64,000 nucleotides of DNA from NCBI GenBank assembly GCA_046482545.1, contig JAWOEX010000028.1, positions 64,001 through 128,000 on the forward strand, written 5' to 3'. Within the stretch, counting starts at the first letter, position 1. Each line of letters opens with the position of its first letter. This DNA comes from Candidatus Thorarchaeota archaeon. Lineage in GTDB: Archaea; Asgardarchaeota; Thorarchaeia; Thorarchaeales; Thorarchaeaceae. Under the pieces are notes generated by a model. It did no database searches. It had not been told where the DNA came from and saw nothing but the letters and a program-made list of their open reading frames with translations. This document shows, piece after piece, positions 37,356-45,824 of this stretch. A program made the position numbers and the translations under genes.

Positions 37356-39026
37356 ATGGAAAGACCATGGTACTCAAGTTATGTAGGTGACACGCCAAAG
37401 GAAATTGAAATTCCTGATGGCCCGCTTTGGAAAAGTCTCGATGACGCAGTTGAGGAGTTCCCAGATAATGTAGCATTACATTACGAGGGAGTCGAAATCA
37501 CATTCCGAGAACTTGGTGAGCTGGTGGGTCGCTTTGCAAATGGAATATCGAAAATGGGTATTGGTAAAGGCGACGCCGTAGCGCTTATGCTACCCAATTG
37601 CCCGCAATTCGTGATTGCCTATTATGGAATTCTCAAGACTGGTGCAACGGTAACACCAGTAAATCCGATGGCCATGCCGAAGGAGCTGAGAATTTACCTG
37701 CAGGGAACAAGAGCAAAGACAATAGTAACGCTGAACTATTTCTATGATGTTGTCGAGACGGTCAGAGCAGAAACCAATCTTGAAACAGCTATCGTTACGG
37801 CTCCATGGGATATGATGTCATGGATCAAGCGAGTGCTTGCAGCCAAGATTGTTTACAGAAACAAGGTTAAGGAAGTGCCACCCCTACGGGAGGGAGATCT
37901 TTTGTGGAATGATTTCATGGAAGACACCGTGCCAGAACCGCCCAAGGTCGAAATAGATCCTTCGAGCCATATCGCGGTATATCAATTCACAGGCGGTACT
38001 ACTGGTGTACCAAAAGCGGCCATGTTGACCCATGATAATCTCAAGGCAAATGTCGCACAGTGTTCTGCCTGGATGGCTTGGATGGCAGAAAGAGGCGAGG
38101 AATTATTTGTCGCAGCCCTTCCGCTTCAACACATATTTGGTCAGACGGTCTCCATGAATCTGGCAATATCATGGGGATGCGGCATGTTGCTAATACCAGA
38201 CCCCAGAGACATCTCAAACCTGTTGTCCAAAATGGACAAGCTTAGACCAACTTTCTTCCCGATAGTGGCAACCCTTGCTATATCCATCTACTCGTTTGAT
38301 CGAGTAGACGAGTATGATATAACATCGCTCAAGCTATCAATAGCAGGTGCAATGGCTCTACCCGCAGAGGTCACGAGAAAATTCGAAGATGCCACAAATT
38401 CGATTATTGTTGAGGGGTACGGTCTAACAGAAGCCTCGCCGGTAACCCATGCTAATCCCTTAGACAAGGAGCTTCGGAAAATCGGCTCAATCGGTTTGCC
38501 TTTCCCGAGTACGGACTGCAAGATTGTGGACCTTGATGATTACACAAAGGAACTTCCCTATGGCGAAATTGGTGAACTATCTGTTAAAGGACCACAGGTC
38601 ATGAAAGGATACCTCAACCGACCGGATGAAACAGATGCTGTACTGAAGCAAGGTGGATGGTTGTTAACCGGCGATATAGCACGAATGGATGAAGACGGAT
38701 GGACCTTTATCGTTGATCGCAAGAAGGATCTCATCAATGCCAGTGGTTACAAGGTCTGGCCAAGGGATGTAGAAGAAGTACTCTTTGAACACCCGAAAGT
38801 GAAAGAGGTAGCAGTCGTCGGTGTGCCTGACGAAGTCAGAGGTGAAACTGTCAAGGCATTCATCATTCTAGAGCCCGGAGAAGAAGCAACCCTCAAGGAG
38901 ATCCGTCAATTCTGCAAAGAGAAGATGGCCGCCTACAAAGTTCCCACAGATGTTGAATTTGTGGACACCCTTCCAAAGACAATGGTAGGCAAGATACTCA
39001 GGCGAGAGCTTAGAGAAGAAGAATAG
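37356..39026 (+). CDS. fadD: Long-chain fatty acid--CoA ligase
   Basis: QFTGGTTGVPK AMP-binding loop, EGYGLTEASP, TGDIA, DRKKDLI, PKTMVGKILRR. Confidence 0.9.
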   Translation: MERPWYSSYVGDTPKEIEIPDGPLWKSLDDAVEEFPDNVALHYEGVEITFRELGELVGRFANGISKMGIGKGDAVALMLPNCPQFVIAYYGILKTGATVTPVNPMAMPKELRIYLQGTRAKTIVTLNYFYDVVETVRAETNLETAIVTAPWDMMSWIKRVLAAKIVYRNKVKEVPPLREGDLLWNDFMEDTVPEPPKVEIDPSSHIAVYQFTGGTTGVPKAAMLTHDNLKANVAQCSAWMAWMAERGEELFVAALPLQHIFGQTVSMNLAISWGCGMLLIPDPRDISNLLSKMDKLRPTFFPIVATLAISIYSFDRVDEYDITSLKLSIAGAMALPAEVTRKFEDATNSIIVEGYGLTEASPVTHANPLDKELRKIGSIGLPFPSTDCKIVDLDDYTKELPYGEIGELSVKGPQVMKGYLNRPDETDAVLKQGGWLLTGDIARMDEDGWTFIVDRKKDLINASGYKVWPRDVEEVLFEHPKVKEVAVVGVPDEVRGETVKAFIILEPGEEATLKEIRQFCKEKMAAYKVPTDVEFVDTLPKTMVGKILRRELREEE

Positions 39027-39036
39027 ACAAAACAAA

Positions 39037-39063
39037 ATAGGGGCTCCAAAAAAGAGTCCCTAT
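39037..39063. terminator. Hairpin between convergent fadD and apt, likely bidirectional terminator
   Basis: ATAGGGGCTC/GAGTCCCTAT 10-bp stem with one GU pair; A-rich left flank, T-rich right flank. Confidence 0.6.
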
Positions 39064-39080
39064 CAGTAATTTATTTCCGT

Positions 39081-39647
39081 TTAATCAACGGGATTCAACA
39101 CGTCGGTCTTCAAGTTGCGGATGAGTTCATGAACCTCGGGACGACCCAACATTTTCATTCTCGTCTCAGTCAGATTATTGATTACGCATGCGACACCGAC
39201 AACAGTAGCATCGAGATTCTCCACAATATTCGCTACAGCCAAAACCGTTGTACCCTGTGTTAACCAGTCATCAACTATCGCGACCCTATCACCGGGATCG
39301 ATGGACTCGCTTACCAGAGCTAGTCGTCTATCTGCAAATCTATCTGAGGGAAGCCACTCGACGGGTCGACTGTAATCTTCTTCAAGATAAGCTATTGATC
39401 TTGCAGGAACAATCCCACAACCAAGGTAATACGCTATAGCGCTACCAATTGCCAGACCTCTTTGTTCAATACCGACAACTTTGTTAGGCTGCATCTCAAC
39501 CAGCGGCTTTGCGAGAGCCACGACAGCCTCATGAAATACAGTAGGATGTTCAAGAAGCCTACTGATATCAGCGACTGCTTGGCCTTTTTCTGGCCAGTCC
39601 TTTATGACTTCGACGTATTCTAGAAAATCAATTTCTTCATCTGTCAT
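39081..39647 (-). CDS. apt: Adenine phosphoribosyltransferase-like PRTase
   Basis: DWPEKG-x3-ADI, GIEQRG, VAIVDDWLTQGTT PRPP loop. Confidence 0.8.
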   Translation of the reverse strand: MTDEEIDFLEYVEVIKDWPEKGQAVADISRLLEHPTVFHEAVVALAKPLVEMQPNKVVGIEQRGLAIGSAIAYYLGCGIVPARSIAYLEEDYSRPVEWLPSDRFADRRLALVSESIDPGDRVAIVDDWLTQGTTVLAVANIVENLDATVVGVACVINNLTETRMKMLGRPEVHELIRNLKTDVLNPVD

Positions 39648-39829
39648 GGTCTCAACCAGTTTTATAGTTGACTTCTATGGGTCATATTTCTTTGGGTCAA
39701 GACGTATGGTCATCTTTCACGTTCATAGAGGCAGACAATATATAGGGGAAGTACTATTCAATGCACTATGATGCTGATAGGCCTTAACTAAACCCCTGCA
39801 TCTAGAAAGCCGATAAGGGTGTTGCCAAT

Positions 39830-41026
39830 ATGAAAGTTCCTGGAACTACTGTCTCATTAGCACTCCTGCCTGGCCGGGTCGAGCTACGAGATGAAGGCAG
39901 AATCAAAAAGGAAATTTCTACAAAATCAAAATCGTTCGAAGAGATAGTGAAAGAGGTCAAGTCATACTTCCGTTTCTTTGACAAAAGGTTTCCTCCAGGG
40001 CATATTGAGAATGTCCTTCGCAAGATTGGAGTGGAAGAGGAACTGAAACGCACTAAGGCAACTCCAGAAGAGCGCTCACATGTAGCCCCTGAAGGAGAAA
40101 TCGAAGAACCGTTACCTAAAGCTGAGACCTCCAAGGGAGATATCCTGACAAAAGCTCGTGTTGCAGGAAAGGAGGTAGGGGACATCTCCGAGGCCCTAGC
40201 GGCCGTCGAATCGATGAGTGATACTTTCCGATCGCCCAAAGCAACTAAAGAATCAAAAACTCCCAGTAGTGTGCATGTCAAGCTCAGCTCTCAAAAGGAA
40301 ATCGTTGCATCCGCCGCAAGTCTTCCAAAACAATCGAGACAGCAAAAGGAAATCATCAGCACCAAAATGGAATCCACGACTCCGCAGGCTGATGTGGAAT
40401 CAATAAAGACAGACACCGTAACACCAGTAAAAACCGGTACAGAAGAATCAGATGTGGCTTCTCGGCATGTAATCAAACCTGTTGTCCAGAAGAAATGTCT
40501 GATTGTAGGTGAAGAAAATGTGGGGAAGAGATCGCTTATCAAAGCAGCGGGATTAGAGCTAGTAAATGATGAGAAAGACTACATATACCACGGGATGTTT
40601 AAGACAAATGATTATCGCGTGGATTTGCATGTCTGGTCCTTTGATGATGCAGTAGACCATCGTTTACCTCGAAAGAAGTACTACGGCAATGCTGATGTTG
40701 CAATTGTAGTGTATTCCGCCTGTGATCGATGGAGTTTTGAGAGCCTTAATTTTTGGATTAAAGAGCTCTCAATTTCCGAAGAAATACTGCCTCCACTAAT
40801 CATTACAGGTAACAAGTATGACAAAAAAACGGAGCAGGGCCCTGAAGAATCCGGCGAATTTGTAACCGAGAAGGAAGGTTTCATCTACGCAGAAAATCTC
40901 TCTACTGAACTTGGGAAAGACAAGGATTTCCATCCCGTCGCTTTCCTCGAAACCTCGTGGCCGGATGCCAAGAATACTCATGAACTTTTTCAAATAGCCG
41001 CAGAGATGGCTGTCTCAGAATACTGA
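39830..41026 (+). CDS. Rab/Ras-like small GTPase domain protein with long N-terminal extension; degenerate G motifs
   Basis: CLIVGEENVGKR (G1), YY-x2-AD-x3-VVY, SF-x2-L-x2-W, GNKYD (G4), ETS (G5). Confidence 0.8.
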   Translation: MKVPGTTVSLALLPGRVELRDEGRIKKEISTKSKSFEEIVKEVKSYFRFFDKRFPPGHIENVLRKIGVEEELKRTKATPEERSHVAPEGEIEEPLPKAETSKGDILTKARVAGKEVGDISEALAAVESMSDTFRSPKATKESKTPSSVHVKLSSQKEIVASAASLPKQSRQQKEIISTKMESTTPQADVESIKTDTVTPVKTGTEESDVASRHVIKPVVQKKCLIVGEENVGKRSLIKAAGLELVNDEKDYIYHGMFKTNDYRVDLHVWSFDDAVDHRLPRKKYYGNADVAIVVYSACDRWSFESLNFWIKELSISEEILPPLIITGNKYDKKTEQGPEESGEFVTEKEGFIYAENLSTELGKDKDFHPVAFLETSWPDAKNTHELFQIAAEMAVSEY

Positions 41027-41196
41027 GGGGTCCTTTGAAAGAAGACGCGGTTATTCCAAGCATGGACAAGCCCTGAGAAATGATGCCAAGTGAAGTGCCC
41101 GTCAATCTGAAACTAAGAACAGTCATATACCCTAGTTTCTAATACCCTATCGAAGATAGTCACTAAATGTACCAAAAGGTCTTGGCTGTGAACTGA

Positions 41197-41502
41197 ATGA
41201 CTCGATGTGAAAGCTGTGGCAAGGAAATGGAGCCGCCAGAGCCAGCTAAGAACTTGGAAGACAACTTCAAAAATGAAGAAAGAATGCGTCTTTGCATCTG
41301 TTCTAAGTGTTTCAATAAACGGTTCAAGGTTGTCACAAAACACAGGAGCGGCTATGGAGGTACCATATACGAGCTTGAGGAAAAGTCAGCTCCTCGATTT
41401 GGTTTGGGAAGCAAGAAACTCTCTTGTCTCAGGTGCTCTTGGGTTGCATGGACCGAAGAAGGTCTAGCAGCACATGTCGAGCATCGACATTCAAACGATT
41501 AG
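41197..41502 (+). CDS. Small zinc-finger protein (CxxC pairs plus C-terminal C2H2)
   Basis: CESC...CSKC; CLRC...L-x2-HVEHRH. Confidence 0.75.
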   Translation: MTRCESCGKEMEPPEPAKNLEDNFKNEERMRLCICSKCFNKRFKVVTKHRSGYGGTIYELEEKSAPRFGLGSKKLSCLRCSWVAWTEEGLAAHVEHRHSND

Positions 41503-41510
41503 CCATATCG

Positions 41511-42158
41511 TCAGTTCTCGTTCTTCTTAGTGTCTGTTTGATTTGTGCGTATCATTTGATGTCCAACAACTCTAACATATTCGATTTCTTCTGCGGCCCG
41601 TCCTAGCATACCCATGCGATAGGCGGCATTCCTTGGACCGACGGCCTGCAGCCAGTCGAGCTTGGTCATGTCAAGTGCGTCATGATCTTCGAAATAGTTC
41701 CGTAGATCCCTAGCTATGGTCTTGGTTCTATCAAGCATCGCTGAAGCGAAACCCGCGCTAACCGTACCGAAGCTCACAAGCACCCAGACCATCTCAAATG
41801 GGTCTTGCCCATAATACTCAAAGAAAAAGATGAAGCCTGCAAGATGCGGTTCAATCAGTGCTAACAAGACCAAGAACAAAGCAATATGTTGGGAAGCATC
41901 ATCACTACCCAATCCAGCTACTCCGATGACATCCTGATTCGGAGGGAACAGGAAAACAAGAACACTTCCGCAAGCTGTTCCAACAACCACCGCAGAGATT
42001 AGAATAGATGTTCCAAATTCAGTCGGACGCTCGGCCCAGATTTCCGGAAAACCTATGACTGACTGAAGTATCAACGATATGCCTATTATCGTCGCTCCAG
42101 TCAAGAATCCGCGCCAGCTGAAGAATTCGTAGCATTTAACCAGTATGTCATATTTCAT
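41511..42158 (-). CDS. Hypothetical membrane protein (~4 TM)
   Basis: Hydrophobic segments and a soluble C-terminus. Confidence 0.7.
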   Translation of the reverse strand: MKYDILVKCYEFFSWRGFLTGATIIGISLILQSVIGFPEIWAERPTEFGTSILISAVVVGTACGSVLVFLFPPNQDVIGVAGLGSDDASQHIALFLVLLALIEPHLAGFIFFFEYYGQDPFEMVWVLVSFGTVSAGFASAMLDRTKTIARDLRNYFEDHDALDMTKLDWLQAVGPRNAAYRMGMLGRAAEEIEYVRVVGHQMIRTNQTDTKKNEN

Positions 42159-42329
42159 TTGGAAACATCCACTCTGATTGTTATATCCCCGTAAATGTTC
42201 TATTGGGTCATAAACCTTCTTTTTTCCAGTCCTTTTGGGAATTTTAATTCCTCATAATACAAGCGCGAGAGGAAAAGCTAATAGGTAAGTAGTGAATCTT
42301 TATTCAGACAATGGGAGAGGGAAACTCCT

Positions 42330-43028
42330 TTGGGATCGAATATACTGAAACTAGCAGGTGTCTCAAAAACCTACCACATGGGCGAAGTTGATGTTTCAGC
42401 TCTGTGTGGGGTTAATCTGGAAGTAAATAGGGGCGAAGCAATTGCCATCATGGGGCCATCTGGTTCCGGTAAGACCACGTTACTCAATATGATTGGCGCA
42501 CTTGATAAGCCAACCACAGGAACGGTCGTGATTGATGGAACAGATATCACCCAGATGACAGAAAAAGAACTGACCCGCGTAAGACGCGACAAGATTAGCT
42601 TTGTTTTCCAGTTCTTCAACCTTTTACCGGTCCTGACTGCGTATGAAAATATCGAACTGCCATTGCTCATTGCCGGTGTGGAAGAAGAACAGAGAAGACA
42701 ACGAGTTGAACATCTGCTTGGGCTAGTCGGCTTGACTGAACGAGCTTCACACAGACCTGATGAGCTATCGGGAGGGGAGCAGCAACGGGTTGCCATAGCC
42801 AGAGCCCTTGCGAAACCTGAAGGCGCCGCCAGCTCTGTAATTGTACTGGCTGATGAGCCGACGGGAGACTTGGATACGCAAACAGGACAGGAAATTGTAG
42901 ATGTGTTGGTGAAGCTGACCAAGGGAGAAGGTGGAACACTTGTTGCCGTGACCCACGATCCTGAAGTTGGCAAACAGATGGATAAAACCTACCGCATGAG
43001 AGATGGAGAAATCGTCGGTGTTGAATAG
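42330..43028 (+). CDS. ABC transporter ATP-binding protein (LolD/MacB type)
   Basis: GPSGSGKT, LSGGEQQRVAIARAL, LADEPTGDLD, VTHD. Confidence 0.95.
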   Translation: MGSNILKLAGVSKTYHMGEVDVSALCGVNLEVNRGEAIAIMGPSGSGKTTLLNMIGALDKPTTGTVVIDGTDITQMTEKELTRVRRDKISFVFQFFNLLPVLTAYENIELPLLIAGVEEEQRRQRVEHLLGLVGLTERASHRPDELSGGEQQRVAIARALAKPEGAASSVIVLADEPTGDLDTQTGQEIVDVLVKLTKGEGGTLVAVTHDPEVGKQMDKTYRMRDGEIVGVE

Positions 43029-43040
43029 AGGGGGATAGCC

Positions 43041-45824
43041 TTGGCTGTACCAGCGGGTTACGAAGCGTATCAAAGCTTGAGACGAAAGGGTCTAACTCTC
43101 ATCTGCCTGTGCCTTGCATCCGCAGTTGCAATGGGAACAAGTGTCTACGTGGATTCGTACTCCATTCACGAATGGGAAAGCTACATGGCTATTGGGCCAG
43201 TAGCTATGGTTGTTAGAGGACCCAATGTGCAGTCGAGAGTTGGTGATATCAAAGAGATCGACGGTATCGAGAAAGGAGCTGTGATAACCCTAGGAGGGGG
43301 CTCATTCACAAAGGACGATTCGATATATCATAGTCAGCAAACTGCATATATTGATAGCGATTATACAGAGCAGTTTCCTAATGTGTATTCCATACAATCC
43401 GGACGATATCCCAACAGTACAGAGGAAATCGCCCTTGATATGGACAAAGCAACAGAAATGAATGTTTCAATCGGAGAAACTATCAATTACTCCTACTATG
43501 TCCAAGGGGATGAGAATTCTCACTCGTTCAATTTGACAGTTGTGGGTTTATTCGAAAATCATCCATCACAAATGGAATACTCATACTGGGATTGCTTCGC
43601 TTCAGCTATTGTTACTCCAGAAGTACTAGGACCAGAGGACTACGATTATAATACTGAAGAGCTGGTCCATGTCGACATTGACAGGGGGCCAGTAACACCC
43701 TTCGATATGTGGAGCTCCAGTTCATACATAAACCGTATAGTGGAGGATTTGAGAGGGCTTGATCCGAGCTACGAGAAAGGGAGGCATTCTTCTTACAGCA
43801 TTGGAAATTTAATAGGCTATGCAGTCAGTGATTACGCATCATGGAGAACTGCGACAAGGATAGGGCAACTTATGCGCTCAAGCGGGATTGTCCTACTAGT
43901 TATTCTTCTCATGCTGTTAGCAATACGATACAACGTGAATGAACGGGAATACGAGACGAGTATGCTGCAGGCCAGAGGTGCATCCAAACAAGACACTGAT
44001 AGAATTCTCATACGAGAGGTAGCAATCCTGTCTGGCTCTGGAACTGTACTGGGCTTAGGTTTGGGTATATTCCTCAGTCGTATAGCTCTATCTGCGACGA
44101 GTTATTTCCAATTCGCACCTCAACTTTTCATTTCTGAACCATTTCTTGTCACGATTGAATCTCTGATATTGGCTGCCATAGTTGGATTTGTTCTTCCGCT
44201 CCTAACTCTAGGCGGTTATTTCATCATTTATGCCATGAAAGAACCTGTTGAGGAAGGTGAGGGAAAACTGGCAAAAATAGCAAAAGGCCTCAAACTCATT
44301 CGTTGGGATACAGTCGTTTTGGCCCTATCAGTCCTTGTTACCCTCGCTCTCTACTCGATGGGTACCCAAGTCCATACGAATCCATACCTATCATTCATCA
44401 TGTCCATTATCCCATTGGGAATCTTCTCGGCAATCGCTAGCCTGACTATCAAGGCGTTAAGAAAGGGCTCCTCGCGCATCTCAGATTTGTTCGAAAGGGT
44501 GATAGGGAAGCTGTCTGCGTCCGTCGGTGTTCGAAGAGTGGGAAGGAGTGCCTCATCAGCAGCACCCACAATATTAGTCCTGGTACTTGCCATCAGCTTG
44601 GCTTGGAATATGGCTGTGATTGATGCTTCACTTCCTGTAACCAAAATGAACCATGCGCGATTCGCATTTGGTGGAGATGTGACATTTCATTTGGATGAGC
44701 AGTACCCTCAGGAGTGGGATGCCTTCTTCAGCAACGTGTCATCCCATCCAATGACTGAAGAGATGGCTCTGCTATCGGTCCTAGATGTGTCCCTATCAAC
44801 CATGTATGGTGGAGAGTTGAGTCTTGCCGCCTTCAATCCAAGTGAATACAGCAAGGTAGGATACGACTATGCAGGGACATTGCTTAATGAATCTACAGTA
44901 CTTTCTCAAGCAATAGAGGAGTTGGATTCCACGCCAAACGGCGTGATAATAACTAAAGAAGTAGCCCAAGAGTATGACTTAATCGTCGGAGACTCGGTTA
45001 GAACATCTATTGAAAGCAATGAGGGTAGCCAGGTCGTCGTTTTCTCGGTACTCGCCATAGTTGAAGGACTTTCCAATGCGGGTATTTTGACGACACAATC
45101 AGAATTCTACTGGCCACAATCTTTCGGAACTGACGTTATGTACGCAAACAAAGAGTATCTAGCATCCGAAATCAACTTCACATCAGCAGCACAAAACTCA
45201 CTCTGTGTCAATGTAAAGGAAGAGGGAAACTCTACAGCAATGGTAGAACATCTGATGAATATCTCAGGCAACGCAGTAAGAGAATCACCAGCGCAGTACG
45301 GCTGGAATAATGTCTATGACGGATGGGCATGCGTAGAGTACGAAGTCTCACAATATGTCAACCAAGCAGAATACGCCATGGATCGGGCCGTTGACACAAT
45401 GATCACAGTAGGCATGGTTCTCGTCATGTTCGGATCTTTTTCAATTTATGCAGCAGAAGATGTTCGATCTAGGAAAAGAGAGGTAGCATTACTAAGAGCT
45501 ATGGGAGCTCAAACACAAGATATTGTAAAAACACAGGTAGCCGAGCTTCTCATATTATCAGTATCAGCATTGATGCTATTGCTGCTGTTCTCACCCGTTT
45601 TCATAGCAAACTCACTTCTAACGATATCCACAAGCAGCTACATATTCCCGGTTGCAATATTTCCATTTGTACCTTGGCTCACATTGTTCACCATTCTTGT
45701 GTTCTTTGTCTGTTGTATGATAACAATGGTCCTCATTGTAGCTGTTACAAATTCCAGAGTCAATCTTCACCAAGCGTTGAACGCTCATTGGGCCGAGGCG
45801 GGGCCATATAGTGGAGGAATCTAA
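43041..45824 (+). CDS. FtsX/MacB-family ABC permease (two fused halves)
   Basis: R-x2-E-x3-LQARGAS and RKREVALLRAMGA motifs; large extracellular domains. Confidence 0.88.
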   Translation: MAVPAGYEAYQSLRRKGLTLICLCLASAVAMGTSVYVDSYSIHEWESYMAIGPVAMVVRGPNVQSRVGDIKEIDGIEKGAVITLGGGSFTKDDSIYHSQQTAYIDSDYTEQFPNVYSIQSGRYPNSTEEIALDMDKATEMNVSIGETINYSYYVQGDENSHSFNLTVVGLFENHPSQMEYSYWDCFASAIVTPEVLGPEDYDYNTEELVHVDIDRGPVTPFDMWSSSSYINRIVEDLRGLDPSYEKGRHSSYSIGNLIGYAVSDYASWRTATRIGQLMRSSGIVLLVILLMLLAIRYNVNEREYETSMLQARGASKQDTDRILIREVAILSGSGTVLGLGLGIFLSRIALSATSYFQFAPQLFISEPFLVTIESLILAAIVGFVLPLLTLGGYFIIYAMKEPVEEGEGKLAKIAKGLKLIRWDTVVLALSVLVTLALYSMGTQVHTNPYLSFIMSIIPLGIFSAIASLTIKALRKGSSRISDLFERVIGKLSASVGVRRVGRSASSAAPTILVLVLAISLAWNMAVIDASLPVTKMNHARFAFGGDVTFHLDEQYPQEWDAFFSNVSSHPMTEEMALLSVLDVSLSTMYGGELSLAAFNPSEYSKVGYDYAGTLLNESTVLSQAIEELDSTPNGVIITKEVAQEYDLIVGDSVRTSIESNEGSQVVVFSVLAIVEGLSNAGILTTQSEFYWPQSFGTDVMYANKEYLASEINFTSAAQNSLCVNVKEEGNSTAMVEHLMNISGNAVRESPAQYGWNNVYDGWACVEYEVSQYVNQAEYAMDRAVDTMITVGMVLVMFGSFSIYAAEDVRSRKREVALLRAMGAQTQDIVKTQVAELLILSVSALMLLLLFSPVFIANSLLTISTSSYIFPVAIFPFVPWLTLFTILVFFVCCMITMVLIVAVTNSRVNLHQALNAHWAEAGPYSGGI

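Noticed and set aside
42371-42973. 200-aa antisense ORF (likewise 48601..49080, 60083..60853, 61900..62511 and other shadow ORFs)
   Set aside because: They lie antisense to or within better-supported genes; typical shadow frames
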